DNA from: a virus
Taxonomy: Duplodnaviria > Caudoviricetes
DNA: 57,212 nt
Direction: 5' to 3' (one strand)
Virus record (IMG/VR): IMGVR_UViG_3300030106_004085
Location: 1-57,212 of that record
Shown here in pieces: positions 29,734-37,128 of the stretch; position 1 is the stretch's first letter; each line of letters opens with the position of its first letter. Below the pieces are notes generated by a model. That model ran no database searches. It was not told the origin of the DNA and saw only the letters and a list, made by a program, of their open reading frames with translations. The translations under genes and the position numbers were made by a program.

Positions 29734-30408
29734 CTATAATTGCATTGGCTCAAAAAAAGCATACTTGCCATCAATGACCACGCCGCAGCCAACTATCGGC
29801 TTTTGATTGAACTTCTTTCCATAGTTCATGGCCATGTTATCAACATCCAGTCCGCAACCTACGGACATACCAAAGATGATGAAATCGTTGTTCGCGAAAT
29901 AGGTGACGTTTGCTTGCCCGTGGAGATGTCCCTGTACCCATGACTTAAAATGCTCCTTAGCATTTTTAAGCGCGGCTCCTATGCCGCCCTTCCCTCTATC
30001 TCCATGAGCATACAGAACGCCATCTATTTCGTGTATCGCATACCTGGGCTTCCATTCCCACTTAGGTGTTTCCCATATATCTGAGTATTGCCTTATTAAT
30101 TCAGAAGGAATACCTATTGTAGTTGCCTTTCGCTTGGGCAAGCTATCGTGATTCCCCGTCATGACAACTGCTTTAGGAAACATCTTATACAGTTGGGCAA
30201 CCTGCTTCTTGGATTGTTCGTATTCATCGCGCGGCCCCATAGCATTGGGATCCTTTTCGTGATACGAAATTGCGCCCCAATCCACCACATCGCCAATGTG
30301 AACCACCGTGTCGCACTTCCAGGTCTTATATATATCCCTTAAGAAGTCAGGATAGTCGTCCCTCATCGCAGGAGCATGTGTGTCCCCTATTATCAGAACC
30401 CTCGCCAT
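29734..30408 (-). CDS. Calcineurin-like metallophosphoesterase
   Basis: IGDTH, HIGDVVD, GNHD, YAHGD and GHLH motifs. Confidence 0.9.
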   Translation of the reverse strand: MARVLIIGDTHAPAMRDDYPDFLRDIYKTWKCDTVVHIGDVVDWGAISYHEKDPNAMGPRDEYEQSKKQVAQLYKMFPKAVVMTGNHDSLPKRKATTIGIPSELIRQYSDIWETPKWEWKPRYAIHEIDGVLYAHGDRGKGGIGAALKNAKEHFKSWVQGHLHGQANVTYFANNDFIIFGMSVGCGLDVDNMAMNYGKKFNQKPIVGCGVVIDGKYAFFEPMQL

Positions 30409-30682
30409 CAACCCCTCCCTTTCTCCAGCCTAAAGCATAAAGAGCTTTAGACAAATCTATCGCACTGTCGTATACCCACTCTTCATCAAACATCTTGAAT
30501 GCAAGAGCATGGAGCATTTCGTGAATAGAAACCTCTAATTCCTCAACGCCCTTTAGTCGTTTGTCTATTAAGATCTCAGGGTTTTCTTTTTTCGGGTGGT
30601 CGCAGCTGCCTCTATTCTTTCGCATACGGGTATATCTAATAGAATAATCACACCCGTTGATAGAAACATTAATCTTTTTCAT
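30347..30682 (-). CDS. Small HExxH zinc metallopeptidase-like protein
   Basis: RGSCD...ILIDKRL...SIHEMLH...DEEWV, a pattern common in phage minimal metalloproteases. Confidence 0.7.
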   Translation of the reverse strand: MKKINVSINGCDYSIRYTRMRKNRGSCDHPKKENPEILIDKRLKGVEELEVSIHEMLHALAFKMFDEEWVYDSAIDLSKALYALGWRKGGVDGEGSDNRGHTCSCDEGRLS

Positions 30683-30688
30683 TTTTTT

Positions 30689-30730
30689 ATTATACAAAAA
30701 GCTTGATTAAACCAAAGAATGATTTATTCT
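30689..30730. promoter_or_regulatory. Divergent promoter pair at the late/middle boundary
   Basis: Minus: TATAAT at 30694-30689, 6 nt before ATG 30682. Plus: TTGATT(30703)-N16-TATTCT(30725). Confidence 0.5.
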
Positions 30731-30746
30731 AAAGATCTCCTCACTT

Positions 30747-30990
30747 GGGGGTGGCTCGTAAATCTCCGAATAGCGAGTCGCCCCCTCCCCTCGTAACTCC
30801 GCCAGCGCAATACACGACTAAAGAACTGCTGGGAGTGAGCCTGTTTCGCAAACGGGAGTGTTCCCCAGTCTCACCTGTAATACAATATAGGTGGGAGCCT
30901 GAGTTACCTACGGACTTACCCCTGAAATCGTTTCAGTGGTAGCCCCCGTAGCCCTTATCTCTGAGTCGGGGTGCGCGCTTGAGAGGACAC
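30747..30990 (+). ncRNA. Candidate structured 5' leader / ncRNA (unclassified)
   Basis: Several nested stems: 30747-30785, gtaactc/gagttac, tctcacctgta/tataggtggga and ctacgg/ccgtag. G-U pairs favour the plus strand. Confidence 0.45.
30922..30936. promoter_or_regulatory. Palindrome site 4 CTGAAATCGTTTCAG (intergenic)
   Basis: Perfect match. Confidence 0.8.
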
Positions 30991-30995
30991 CATTC

Positions 30996-31274
30996 ATGAA
31001 AAAGTATTACGTACTTGAAGAAGAATATGGACGTGGGCCTATTAAAGGTGATGTGTTTGTCTGGGAGGGTGAGTATTGGAACAATACCGCTAATTCAACC
31101 AAACCTGAACTGCTAGTACGCTATTTGTATGACTTCGATGGCTTTTTCTTTATTGTCCCAAGAAGTGATCTGGTAGAATTTGTTTCTGAAAGAGAGCTTG
31201 AAGACCCTGATAAATACCACGATCACCCAGCAGACGGTAGAAAAATCTGGAACGTGTTCATTGAGAGGATGTAA
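30996..31274 (+). CDS. Hypothetical protein
   Basis: ATG at 30996 with SD gagagg; 92 aa. Confidence 0.7.
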   Translation: MKKYYVLEEEYGRGPIKGDVFVWEGEYWNNTANSTKPELLVRYLYDFDGFFFIVPRSDLVEFVSERELEDPDKYHDHPADGRKIWNVFIERM

Positions 31275-31522
31275 TGAGCAAAGTAAACTGTGAAGGATGC
31301 CTGTATTGGGACTCGAAAGAGGATGAAAGCGGTTGGGGAGTGTGTATGTTAACCTCTCCTGAAGCTCATGAAACGCTAAACAAGCAAGTCTTGTATATCG
31401 CTAAAGTAGAAAACGGAGAAGATCTCTGGATTCCTTTAGAAGAAACCGAAAAGTTCACAGCTTTCCTCCACACAAGAAAGGATTATGGTTGTGTACAATA
31501 CGAACACAGCGACTTGCAATAG
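31274..31522 (+). CDS. Cys-containing hypothetical protein (CxxC...C...C)
   Basis: TAATG coupling; CEGCLYW...GVC...YGC pattern. Confidence 0.7.
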   Translation: MSKVNCEGCLYWDSKEDESGWGVCMLTSPEAHETLNKQVLYIAKVENGEDLWIPLEETEKFTAFLHTRKDYGCVQYEHSDLQ

Positions 31523-31826
31523 TTGCGGAAGCAAAAACCTTAGGCGATACAAAGTCGCATTTGGAAATAATCCATTAAAACGATACCTTCAATGCTTAGA
31601 GTGTGCCTGGAGCAAACAATTGACAAGACCTGAACCACCAAAGCACTACGATCAAGGCATACAGCCATGGGATGTAATCGACGCATGGAACCTAGACTTC
31701 TGGGAAGGCAACGCAATCAAGTACATTTGCCGAGCAGGTAAGAAAGATGGTAATACAGCAGTCGAAGATTACAAAAAAGCAATCACATATCTTGAAGAAT
31801 GTGTAAGGAGAGCTTCCATTGATTGA
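31485..31826 (+). CDS. DUF3310-family protein (T7 gp1.7-like) with N-terminal zinc ribbon
   Basis: PKHY...IQPWDVI...FWEGNAIKYICRAGKK...EDYKKAITYL, preceded by CxxC...CxxC. Confidence 0.85.
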   Translation: MVVYNTNTATCNSCGSKNLRRYKVAFGNNPLKRYLQCLECAWSKQLTRPEPPKHYDQGIQPWDVIDAWNLDFWEGNAIKYICRAGKKDGNTAVEDYKKAITYLEECVRRASID

Positions 31827-31935
31827 CTTCCTAATCAAAACACCAGCAGTATTCCTACTTTTCGCAGCGTCAATGGTCTTCTTCATGATCCAATTAAGGG
31901 CATACAACGAACTGCAGCAGAAGTTCAAAGAGTAA
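31819..31935 (+). CDS. 38-aa membrane microprotein (not in ORF track)
   Basis: TTG start 8 nt after aaggag; MIDFLIKTPAVFLLFAASMVFFMIQLRAYNELQQKFKE. Confidence 0.55.
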   Translation: MIDFLIKTPAVFLLFAASMVFFMIQLRAYNELQQKFKE

Positions 31936-31956
31936 TTAAGCAGAGAGAGAAAGCAA

Positions 31957-32190
31957 ATGAGCAAAGTAGAGAAGTTACCACGAAGAGCAAAGGTAAGAAT
32001 AGCCTATAACCTCCTAGAATCATCCAAGGTTATATGTCAAACACTTGAAGCAGTAAGCACTGTATACCTGGGAACAGAAGATGACGACTCCCTGTTCGTA
32101 ACTGAAGCACTGTTATACGCAAGATCACTACAAAAGACCCTACAGGACATGAGCGATAAGAATGGCAGACCCAAGACTATTTCTGAGTAA
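31957..32190 (+). CDS. Hypothetical protein
   Basis: 77-aa ORF in the operon. Confidence 0.65.
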   Translation: MSKVEKLPRRAKVRIAYNLLESSKVICQTLEAVSTVYLGTEDDDSLFVTEALLYARSLQKTLQDMSDKNGRPKTISE

Positions 32191-32365
32191 CATGCGATAT
32201 GCCAAAAGCGCACTAGAAGCAGCCGCAAATATACTTCAACAAGACCCCGAAAGAGCAGAAAACCAAGAATTATCTGCTATCTGCATAAGCATCGGGGAGA
32301 AAGCTCGCGTCCTATCTAATATGCTGGGCGAAGAAGAGAAGCTGATTATAGAGAAATATAGCTAA
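32162..32365 (+). CDS. Hypothetical protein
   Basis: 67-aa helical ORF overlapping the previous gene. Confidence 0.6.
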   Translation: MADPRLFLSNMRYAKSALEAAANILQQDPERAENQELSAICISIGEKARVLSNMLGEEEKLIIEKYS

Positions 32366-32366
32366 A

Positions 32367-32822
32367 TTAGCCCGCATACGGAGGAATGCTCCGCCTTTCT
32401 CTCTCAAGGCCTTCCTGGAGACCCCTGATCTCTGCTTGCCTCATTTGTTGATTGTGCAGCCTCTGCTGTTCCCTGAGGTCTCTATCGGCCTGCTCAGCCT
32501 GTTCTCGTTGAATTCCGGTTAAATCCATTGCGTCTTGGTTCATCATTTGCTGGTCGTAACTGCCACTCCACTCATCCTTGGGCCAGCCAGGGTTAGGCCA
32601 AGATGTGGTTGGCTTCATTGGGGGTGTATCAACGCGATTTGAACCAGGAACCGGTGGCATTACCTGTGGATTAAGAGCTTCTTCTAGCGGGCCTCTCATA
32701 TCGCTAGTATCAAAAGGATTGCTAGGGGCTCTCTGTTTCAGCGGCGGAAGCCTCGGCGACTTAAACGGACTGTTATCTTGTCCAACTCCAGAGTTCCATT
32801 TTCGATCTTGATAGTTCTTCAC
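32367..32822 (-). CDS. Pro/Gln-rich hypothetical protein
   Basis: GTG start with SD aaggag; 151 aa; composition resembles the late low-complexity proteins. Confidence 0.6.
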   Translation of the reverse strand: MKNYQDRKWNSGVGQDNSPFKSPRLPPLKQRAPSNPFDTSDMRGPLEEALNPQVMPPVPGSNRVDTPPMKPTTSWPNPGWPKDEWSGSYDQQMMNQDAMDLTGIQREQAEQADRDLREQQRLHNQQMRQAEIRGLQEGLERERRSIPPYAG

Positions 32823-32858
32823 CGTATTCTCCTTGGTTTTGCATTGCTTTACCTCCTG

Positions 32859-32887
32859 ATTATACACGACCACTGAAATCATTTCAG
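32859..32887 (-). promoter_or_regulatory. Putative promoter whose -35 position coincides with a palindrome half-site
   Basis: Minus strand CTGAAA-N17-TATAAT followed by AGGAGG. Confidence 0.5.
32873..32887. promoter_or_regulatory. Palindrome site 5 CTGAAATCATTTCAG (intergenic, promoter-overlapping)
   Basis: Perfect match. Confidence 0.8.
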
Positions 32888-33193
32888 GGGCTGCCGAATC
32901 AAACTCTACCAAAAAACAATTCCACGTTGATTTCGAGCGGTATCAGGCGGCCTTTTTACGCCTTTTGGCCTATAGGGGTGAAAAAATCTGTGAGTGGGAC
33001 GTAATATAGTGTGTTCGCAGTTGGGGGGCAAGGCGGGGGCTATTGCCGAGTCAAACAAATTCCCTAGCACGAGGGTACGCCCTGCACGTTCTTTTCTCAC
33101 CATCTCGGTCAATGAGACGGGCACACCTACCCGACTGAAGTCGGGCGAGGAGATGCCCGCACATTAACCTTTTAACGACATAGGAGATACATT

Positions 33194-33838
33194 ATGTCAA
33201 CCCAAAGTAAACCCCAGATGAAACTATCCGCACAGCCTAAGCTAAGCTACACACAGCTAGAGCAACGTAAGGCAAAGGCCACCCGCATACCGAAAGGGCA
33301 TAGTCACGAGGCTGTGCTATCCGGCAGTGCTGAGGTCGTTGATGTCCCGCTGACTGATGGCGAGGGCAGGCTTCAGCTCCAGTACGTTGTCGATGGGGAG
33401 GTTCAGTTCAAGAAGCCCGTGCAGGTGCGTGGTGGCAAGACCTACCTGTATCCGCATACCCCATTCGCTACTGACGACCAGCTGAAGGCTCAGTTCGTAC
33501 CCACCGTGTTCCTCTCCGTTAGCGGTACAAAGCCGGAGACTACGAGGATAACGCTTGAGTATGTCGAGGGCGAGCACCTAGCAACTGGCGACGTATTTGA
33601 AGTGGCGTGTGAGATGGGCACATTCGTGGACACTGCGGGGACTATGGAGTTCATCGGAGTGGACGATTGTGCTGGCAACCAGTACCTAGACCACATCAAA
33701 GATATGCTTGTGTTCATGGGTATCACATCGCACACTCTTGGTGTCGAAGATACCATGGAGTGGATGGTTGCTAACAAGCGAATCGTAATGGTAACTGATG
33801 GAGGCATGGCTGGTAACACGCTGAAATCTGTACTGTAA
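33194..33838 (+). CDS. Early hypothetical protein
   Basis: 214 aa, strong SD taggag, first gene of the plus-strand arm, followed by a terminator. Confidence 0.8.
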   Translation: MSTQSKPQMKLSAQPKLSYTQLEQRKAKATRIPKGHSHEAVLSGSAEVVDVPLTDGEGRLQLQYVVDGEVQFKKPVQVRGGKTYLYPHTPFATDDQLKAQFVPTVFLSVSGTKPETTRITLEYVEGEHLATGDVFEVACEMGTFVDTAGTMEFIGVDDCAGNQYLDHIKDMLVFMGITSHTLGVEDTMEWMVANKRIVMVTDGGMAGNTLKSVL

Positions 33839-33848
33839 ACAGGTTCAA

Positions 33849-33883
33849 GGCACAGGCATCTAACGGTGTCTGTGTCTTTTTTT
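33849..33883 (+). terminator. Intrinsic terminator
   Basis: 12-bp stem ggcacaggcatc/ggtgtctgtgtc with G-U pairs, followed by T7. Confidence 0.8.
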
Positions 33884-33991
33884 ATCTTCACCAGAGAGCT
33901 ATCAACTGGGGGGAATTCTTAACGTGTTCTTCACATTGGTAGCTACTTTTATTTTCTAGGAGGGGTCAATGTATATACCATCCGTTAGCAG

Positions 33992-34047
33992 AGTCTGACA
34001 AAAACCCCTACTCCCTCGTTCCTCGGGATTAGAAATTTTTGCAGACT
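33992..34047 (+). repeat. Hairpin element copy 1 (ctgacaaaaaccc...ctccctcgttcctcg...tttttgcag)
   Basis: Shares its core with 34184-34240. Outer stem agtctg/cagact. Confidence 0.8.
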
Positions 34048-34059
34048 TAGGAGACAGAA

Positions 34060-34167
34060 ATGAGTGCAGAGCAAGAACACTTTATCATGTTCGTATTAGT
34101 ACCAGCTATCATCGGAGTGGCTGCGTTAATCAGCTTGATATACAAGAAACTACAGGGAGATCGGTGA
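34060..34167 (+). CDS. 35-aa membrane microprotein (not in ORF track)
   Basis: SD aggag; MSAEQEHFIMFVLVPAIIGVAALISLIYKKLQGDR. Confidence 0.65.
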   Translation: MSAEQEHFIMFVLVPAIIGVAALISLIYKKLQGDR

Positions 34168-34183
34168 TGTCTAGTGTGTACAG

Positions 34184-34240
34184 CACCCTGACAAAAACCC
34201 TTTCTCCCTCGTTCCTCGCTCGTCAGTTTTTTGCAGGGTG
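34184..34240 (+). repeat. Hairpin element copy 2
   Basis: Same core as copy 1. Outer stem caccctg/cagggtg. Confidence 0.8.
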
Positions 34241-34323
34241 AGAGGACTAACAGAATCAGATTGATGGCATGTCGTCATCAGTCACTTTCATTAACGCCAT
34301 TTATAATCATAAGGAGATTCAAC

Positions 34324-35079
34324 ATGGCTACTATTAATAACCTTAAGCAAGTCAAAGAAACCACCGAGAGCCACATCGAAGGCTTGCAAGACATCATGGT
34401 CTACGGTGACACGGAATGGCAGTTCGTTGACGACAATCAACGAATTGATTGGCTCGTAAGAGATGACGAAGGCAACGTGGTAACAACAGCACCAAACGAG
34501 GGCAGTAAATACCACCGCATTGAGCGTATCAACAACGCAACCGGGTTCGATGATAACGGTCAGCCTATCATCGAGCGTATGGCAAATGCGTTTGCACCAT
34601 ACGACATCAGTTACGAGGCCTTTATGAATGAGCATGACAAGGACGAACAGGGTCGTGCTAGATTGCACATCCGAATCAACCACTGTCTCCTCACTGCCAA
34701 AGATGAGCACGGTGGGGTCATGATATTCCCATCCGCTATCGGACTGGCTGAAGAGGTGACACTCGAAGACGGTACCCACACACTGAAAGAAGTACAGTCA
34801 GTACCAATTCAGAAGTGGCGTAGCAGTACCATCAAAGGCTTTAACCTTGCAGGATACGGTCAACGCACCGACATCCACATGCTTGAAGCTGACGGTGTTA
34901 GCACAGTAGTAGTAACAGGAATCGAAGAAGCTCTGTTCGATGACAGATTCGATTGCTTGCATGTTAAGCGTACTCAACCCACCAAGCAAGCGGGGCCGAG
35001 TGTTAGCGTAGCATCTGTCATTAGTGGCAATGCGACAGCTAAACAAGAGCAGCAAGTTGACGAAGACATCTTTGTATAA
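34324..35079 (+). CDS. Early hypothetical protein with acidic-hydrophobic C-terminal tail
   Basis: ATG at 34324 with SD aaggag and TATAAT at 34302; 251 aa ending VDEDIFV. Confidence 0.8.
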   Translation: MATINNLKQVKETTESHIEGLQDIMVYGDTEWQFVDDNQRIDWLVRDDEGNVVTTAPNEGSKYHRIERINNATGFDDNGQPIIERMANAFAPYDISYEAFMNEHDKDEQGRARLHIRINHCLLTAKDEHGGVMIFPSAIGLAEEVTLEDGTHTLKEVQSVPIQKWRSSTIKGFNLAGYGQRTDIHMLEADGVSTVVVTGIEEALFDDRFDCLHVKRTQPTKQAGPSVSVASVISGNATAKQEQQVDEDIFV

Positions 35080-35121
35080 GCTGAATGTGACCTGTTAAGT
35101 ACATCTTAAAGACATTAATAT

Positions 35122-35181
35122 ACCCTCGCGGTTCATACGATATACATCCAAGTGCATTGTGTGGACTGCGGGGGTTTTTTT
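35122..35181 (+). terminator. Long G-U-rich intrinsic terminator
   Basis: About 24-bp stem accctcgcggttcatacgat.../...attgtgtggactgcgggggt followed by a T-run. Confidence 0.8.
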
Positions 35182-35233
35182 ATTGACATTGCATTAGCGT
35201 ACCACATACATCCGTTAGCAAAGGGAAGGATAG

Positions 35234-35599
35234 ATGAATACAAGACGAGAACGTCAGCGAATATTTATAGGAGGAGGAGATAGGCGACATCAAATAATGT
35301 ACCACTCACATACATGTTGCTTGAAACCGTCAGAGATATATGAATTAGCGGACATGATAGCAGTAAAACAGTATGGAAAACAGAGATGGTTTAACGTAGT
35401 TAAGCCCAGGTTTGCCGGTGAAGGTAAGCTTGATTGTTGTATCGAGGTAGTTGAGAAGTTTATATCCGATAAAGGTTCCGACCCAAAGGATACCAACTAC
35501 CGAAAAGTTTTTGATTATGTAAAGGAAATGGATCAATGCAAACTACCAATTGCGAAACCAGTTATTACTTCAACACTGCAACCAACACATTTCAAATGA
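35234..35599 (+). CDS. Hypothetical protein
   Basis: 121 aa, SD aagga. Confidence 0.65.
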   Translation: MNTRRERQRIFIGGGDRRHQIMYHSHTCCLKPSEIYELADMIAVKQYGKQRWFNVVKPRFAGEGKLDCCIEVVEKFISDKGSDPKDTNYRKVFDYVKEMDQCKLPIAKPVITSTLQPTHFK

Positions 35600-36006
35600 A
35601 CCTATCCAATGGATGGTCTATTGAATACGAGATGAAGGACAAGGAGATACTACGTAATAAGTATGGCGAACGAGAAGAAGTGCTAATGAAATACGGCAGT
35701 ATGAATATCAAAGTATATGACCCAACTAATAGTGAGTACGCACCACTATGCCAAGAGGATGTGAACCCTCAGGAAATTAGTGAGTACATAAACATAGTAA
35801 ATAAATACGACGAAGAAGATATACCACATGCAAACCTAGTAGATTACGTACAAGCACATGACCTGGATAGTCTGGTAGTATCCAACCAAGACAGCAAGAC
35901 ATTGCTATCTGTAATTAAATCCAATGAAGAACTAGAACAGATCAGAAAAAACCACGAGCCTCAGCTAACACAAGCTGACCTGCAAGGAGGGAGTGACAAT
36001 GCCTAA
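35596..36006 (+). CDS. Hypothetical acidic protein
   Basis: ATGA overlap start at 35596 (MNLSNG...). Confidence 0.65.
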   Translation: MNLSNGWSIEYEMKDKEILRNKYGEREEVLMKYGSMNIKVYDPTNSEYAPLCQEDVNPQEISEYINIVNKYDEEDIPHANLVDYVQAHDLDSLVVSNQDSKTLLSVIKSNEELEQIRKNHEPQLTQADLQGGSDNA

Positions 36007-36133
36007 AGTATTAATTGAATTAGAGTTTGACCATGATGTTGTCTCTGCTGAAGATGTATACAACTATCTGTATGAGATTCTAGAAAACGAGTGCTTGAGT
36101 TGGGAGATAGAAACTAATGGTAACTCTAACTGA
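35999..36133 (+). CDS. 44-aa acidic microprotein (not in ORF track)
   Basis: SD ggaggg; MPKVLIELEFDHDVVSAEDVYNYLYEILENECLSWEIETNGNSN; fills the gap between neighbours. Confidence 0.6.
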   Translation: MPKVLIELEFDHDVVSAEDVYNYLYEILENECLSWEIETNGNSN

Positions 36134-36329
36134 GAAAGAGGAAACAGTAGTAGATGAAGCATATAGATACTTCGTTGAGCAAGAACATGAGCCAACGCGA
36201 GCCGAGATGTATATGTGGACAGCAAGAAGAATGCAGAAGTACATGATGGCTGACTCACCTATGAATCGTCAGCAACTAGGTGTGCTTGAAGCAATCGTAT
36301 CATCATTACCTTGGGAGAAAGATAAATGA
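36117..36329 (+). CDS. Hypothetical protein
   Basis: 70 aa, SD ggag. Confidence 0.65.
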   Translation: MVTLTEKEETVVDEAYRYFVEQEHEPTRAEMYMWTARRMQKYMMADSPMNRQQLGVLEAIVSSLPWEKDK

Positions 36330-36433
36330 AAAAGATATTAATAGTATTGTTATGCCTATGCCTGGTATCCATGGCTGGGTGTAGGACATTGGTAGTAAGC
36401 AGCGACGCTCAAGTAGAAGTGTTCCGCTGGTAA
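36326..36433 (+). CDS. 35-aa lipoprotein precursor (not in ORF track)
   Basis: MKKILIVLLCLCLVSMAG-CRTLVVSSDAQVEVFRW: basic n-region, hydrophobic h-region and lipobox. ATGA overlap and SD ggag. Confidence 0.7.
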   Translation: MKKILIVLLCLCLVSMAGCRTLVVSSDAQVEVFRW

Positions 36434-36436
36434 GTA

Positions 36437-36522
36437 ACTGGGTAGGGCTGGCGAGTCTATGCACAAACTCTCTCGTGCATACTAGGTGGGGATCTAGATG
36501 TACTCGTCAGCCCTCTACCAGT
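36437..36522 (+). ncRNA. Candidate three-way-junction RNA element
   Basis: P1 actgggtagggctggcgagt/actcgtcagccctctaccagt encloses hairpins tatgcac/gtgcata and ctaggt/atctag. It fills the whole intergenic gap. Confidence 0.5.
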
Positions 36523-36533
36523 AGGAGATATAC

Positions 36534-36734
36534 ATGAGCGAAGAGTATATAGACTGTGATCAATGTCAAGGCACAGGAATAGGTAAGTATGGGCCACCGG
36601 ATGAAAGCAAATGCTGGGTATGCGGTGGACGAGGTTACTTTACTGAGGAGACAGCATGCAATACGAACACTTATCAAAAGAAGAACGTGAAGAGTACCAC
36701 GCCTGGTTGGACAAGAAAGAACAGGAGGATATAG
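36534..36734 (+). CDS. DnaJ-type zinc-finger microprotein
   Basis: CDQCQGTG...CWVCGGRG; SD aggag. Confidence 0.7.
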   Translation: MSEEYIDCDQCQGTGIGKYGPPDESKCWVCGGRGYFTEETACNTNTYQKKNVKSTTPGWTRKNRRI

Positions 36735-36826
36735 ACTACCGGGAACGTATGTTAATTGGACTAACAGATATTAAACCTTTAGAAGGATACAAAGGATGGA
36801 AGAAACTAAAGCAGGACTGCAACTGA
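36656..36826 (+). CDS. 56-aa hypothetical protein (not in ORF track)
   Basis: SD gaggag; MQYEHLSKEEREEYHAWLDKKEQED... Confidence 0.5.
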   Translation: MQYEHLSKEEREEYHAWLDKKEQEDIDYRERMLIGLTDIKPLEGYKGWKKLKQDCN

Positions 36827-37128
36827 CACTTGACTGCGATGGTGCAGTGAACACGGTGTTCCTTGAGTTCAAGGATATAAGCAAGGGGAACCTTGCAACA
36901 CCTACACTATGCTCAATGCTAGGCGGTTCGATAAAGAACTTAATAGGAATCAGGCAGGTGCAGAAAATAAACGGTGTGATCAGCAGCTTTGAAGTTGATC
37001 TAGTTAAATTAACCCAAGCGTTTGAAAAGATAGAGGAGAGTTATAGAGATGAGCGAGAAGATAAACAAACTGATGGGAACGATAGCGATAACCAAGCCAC
37101 ACGTAATGAAGATGAGGGATGCGAGTAA
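36796..37128 (+). CDS. Hypothetical protein
   Basis: 110-aa ORF. Confidence 0.6.
   Translation: MEETKAGLQLTLDCDGAVNTVFLEFKDISKGNLATPTLCSMLGGSIKNLIGIRQVQKINGVISSFEVDLVKLTQAFEKIEESYRDEREDKQTDGNDSDNQATRNEDEGCE

Noticed and set aside
30747-30990. tRNA or tmRNA gene
   Set aside because: No cloverleaf, T-loop GTTC consensus, CCA end or tag reading frame was found.
33992-34240. Mini CRISPR array
   Set aside because: There are only two imperfect units, separated by a 136-bp coding spacer, and no cas genes.
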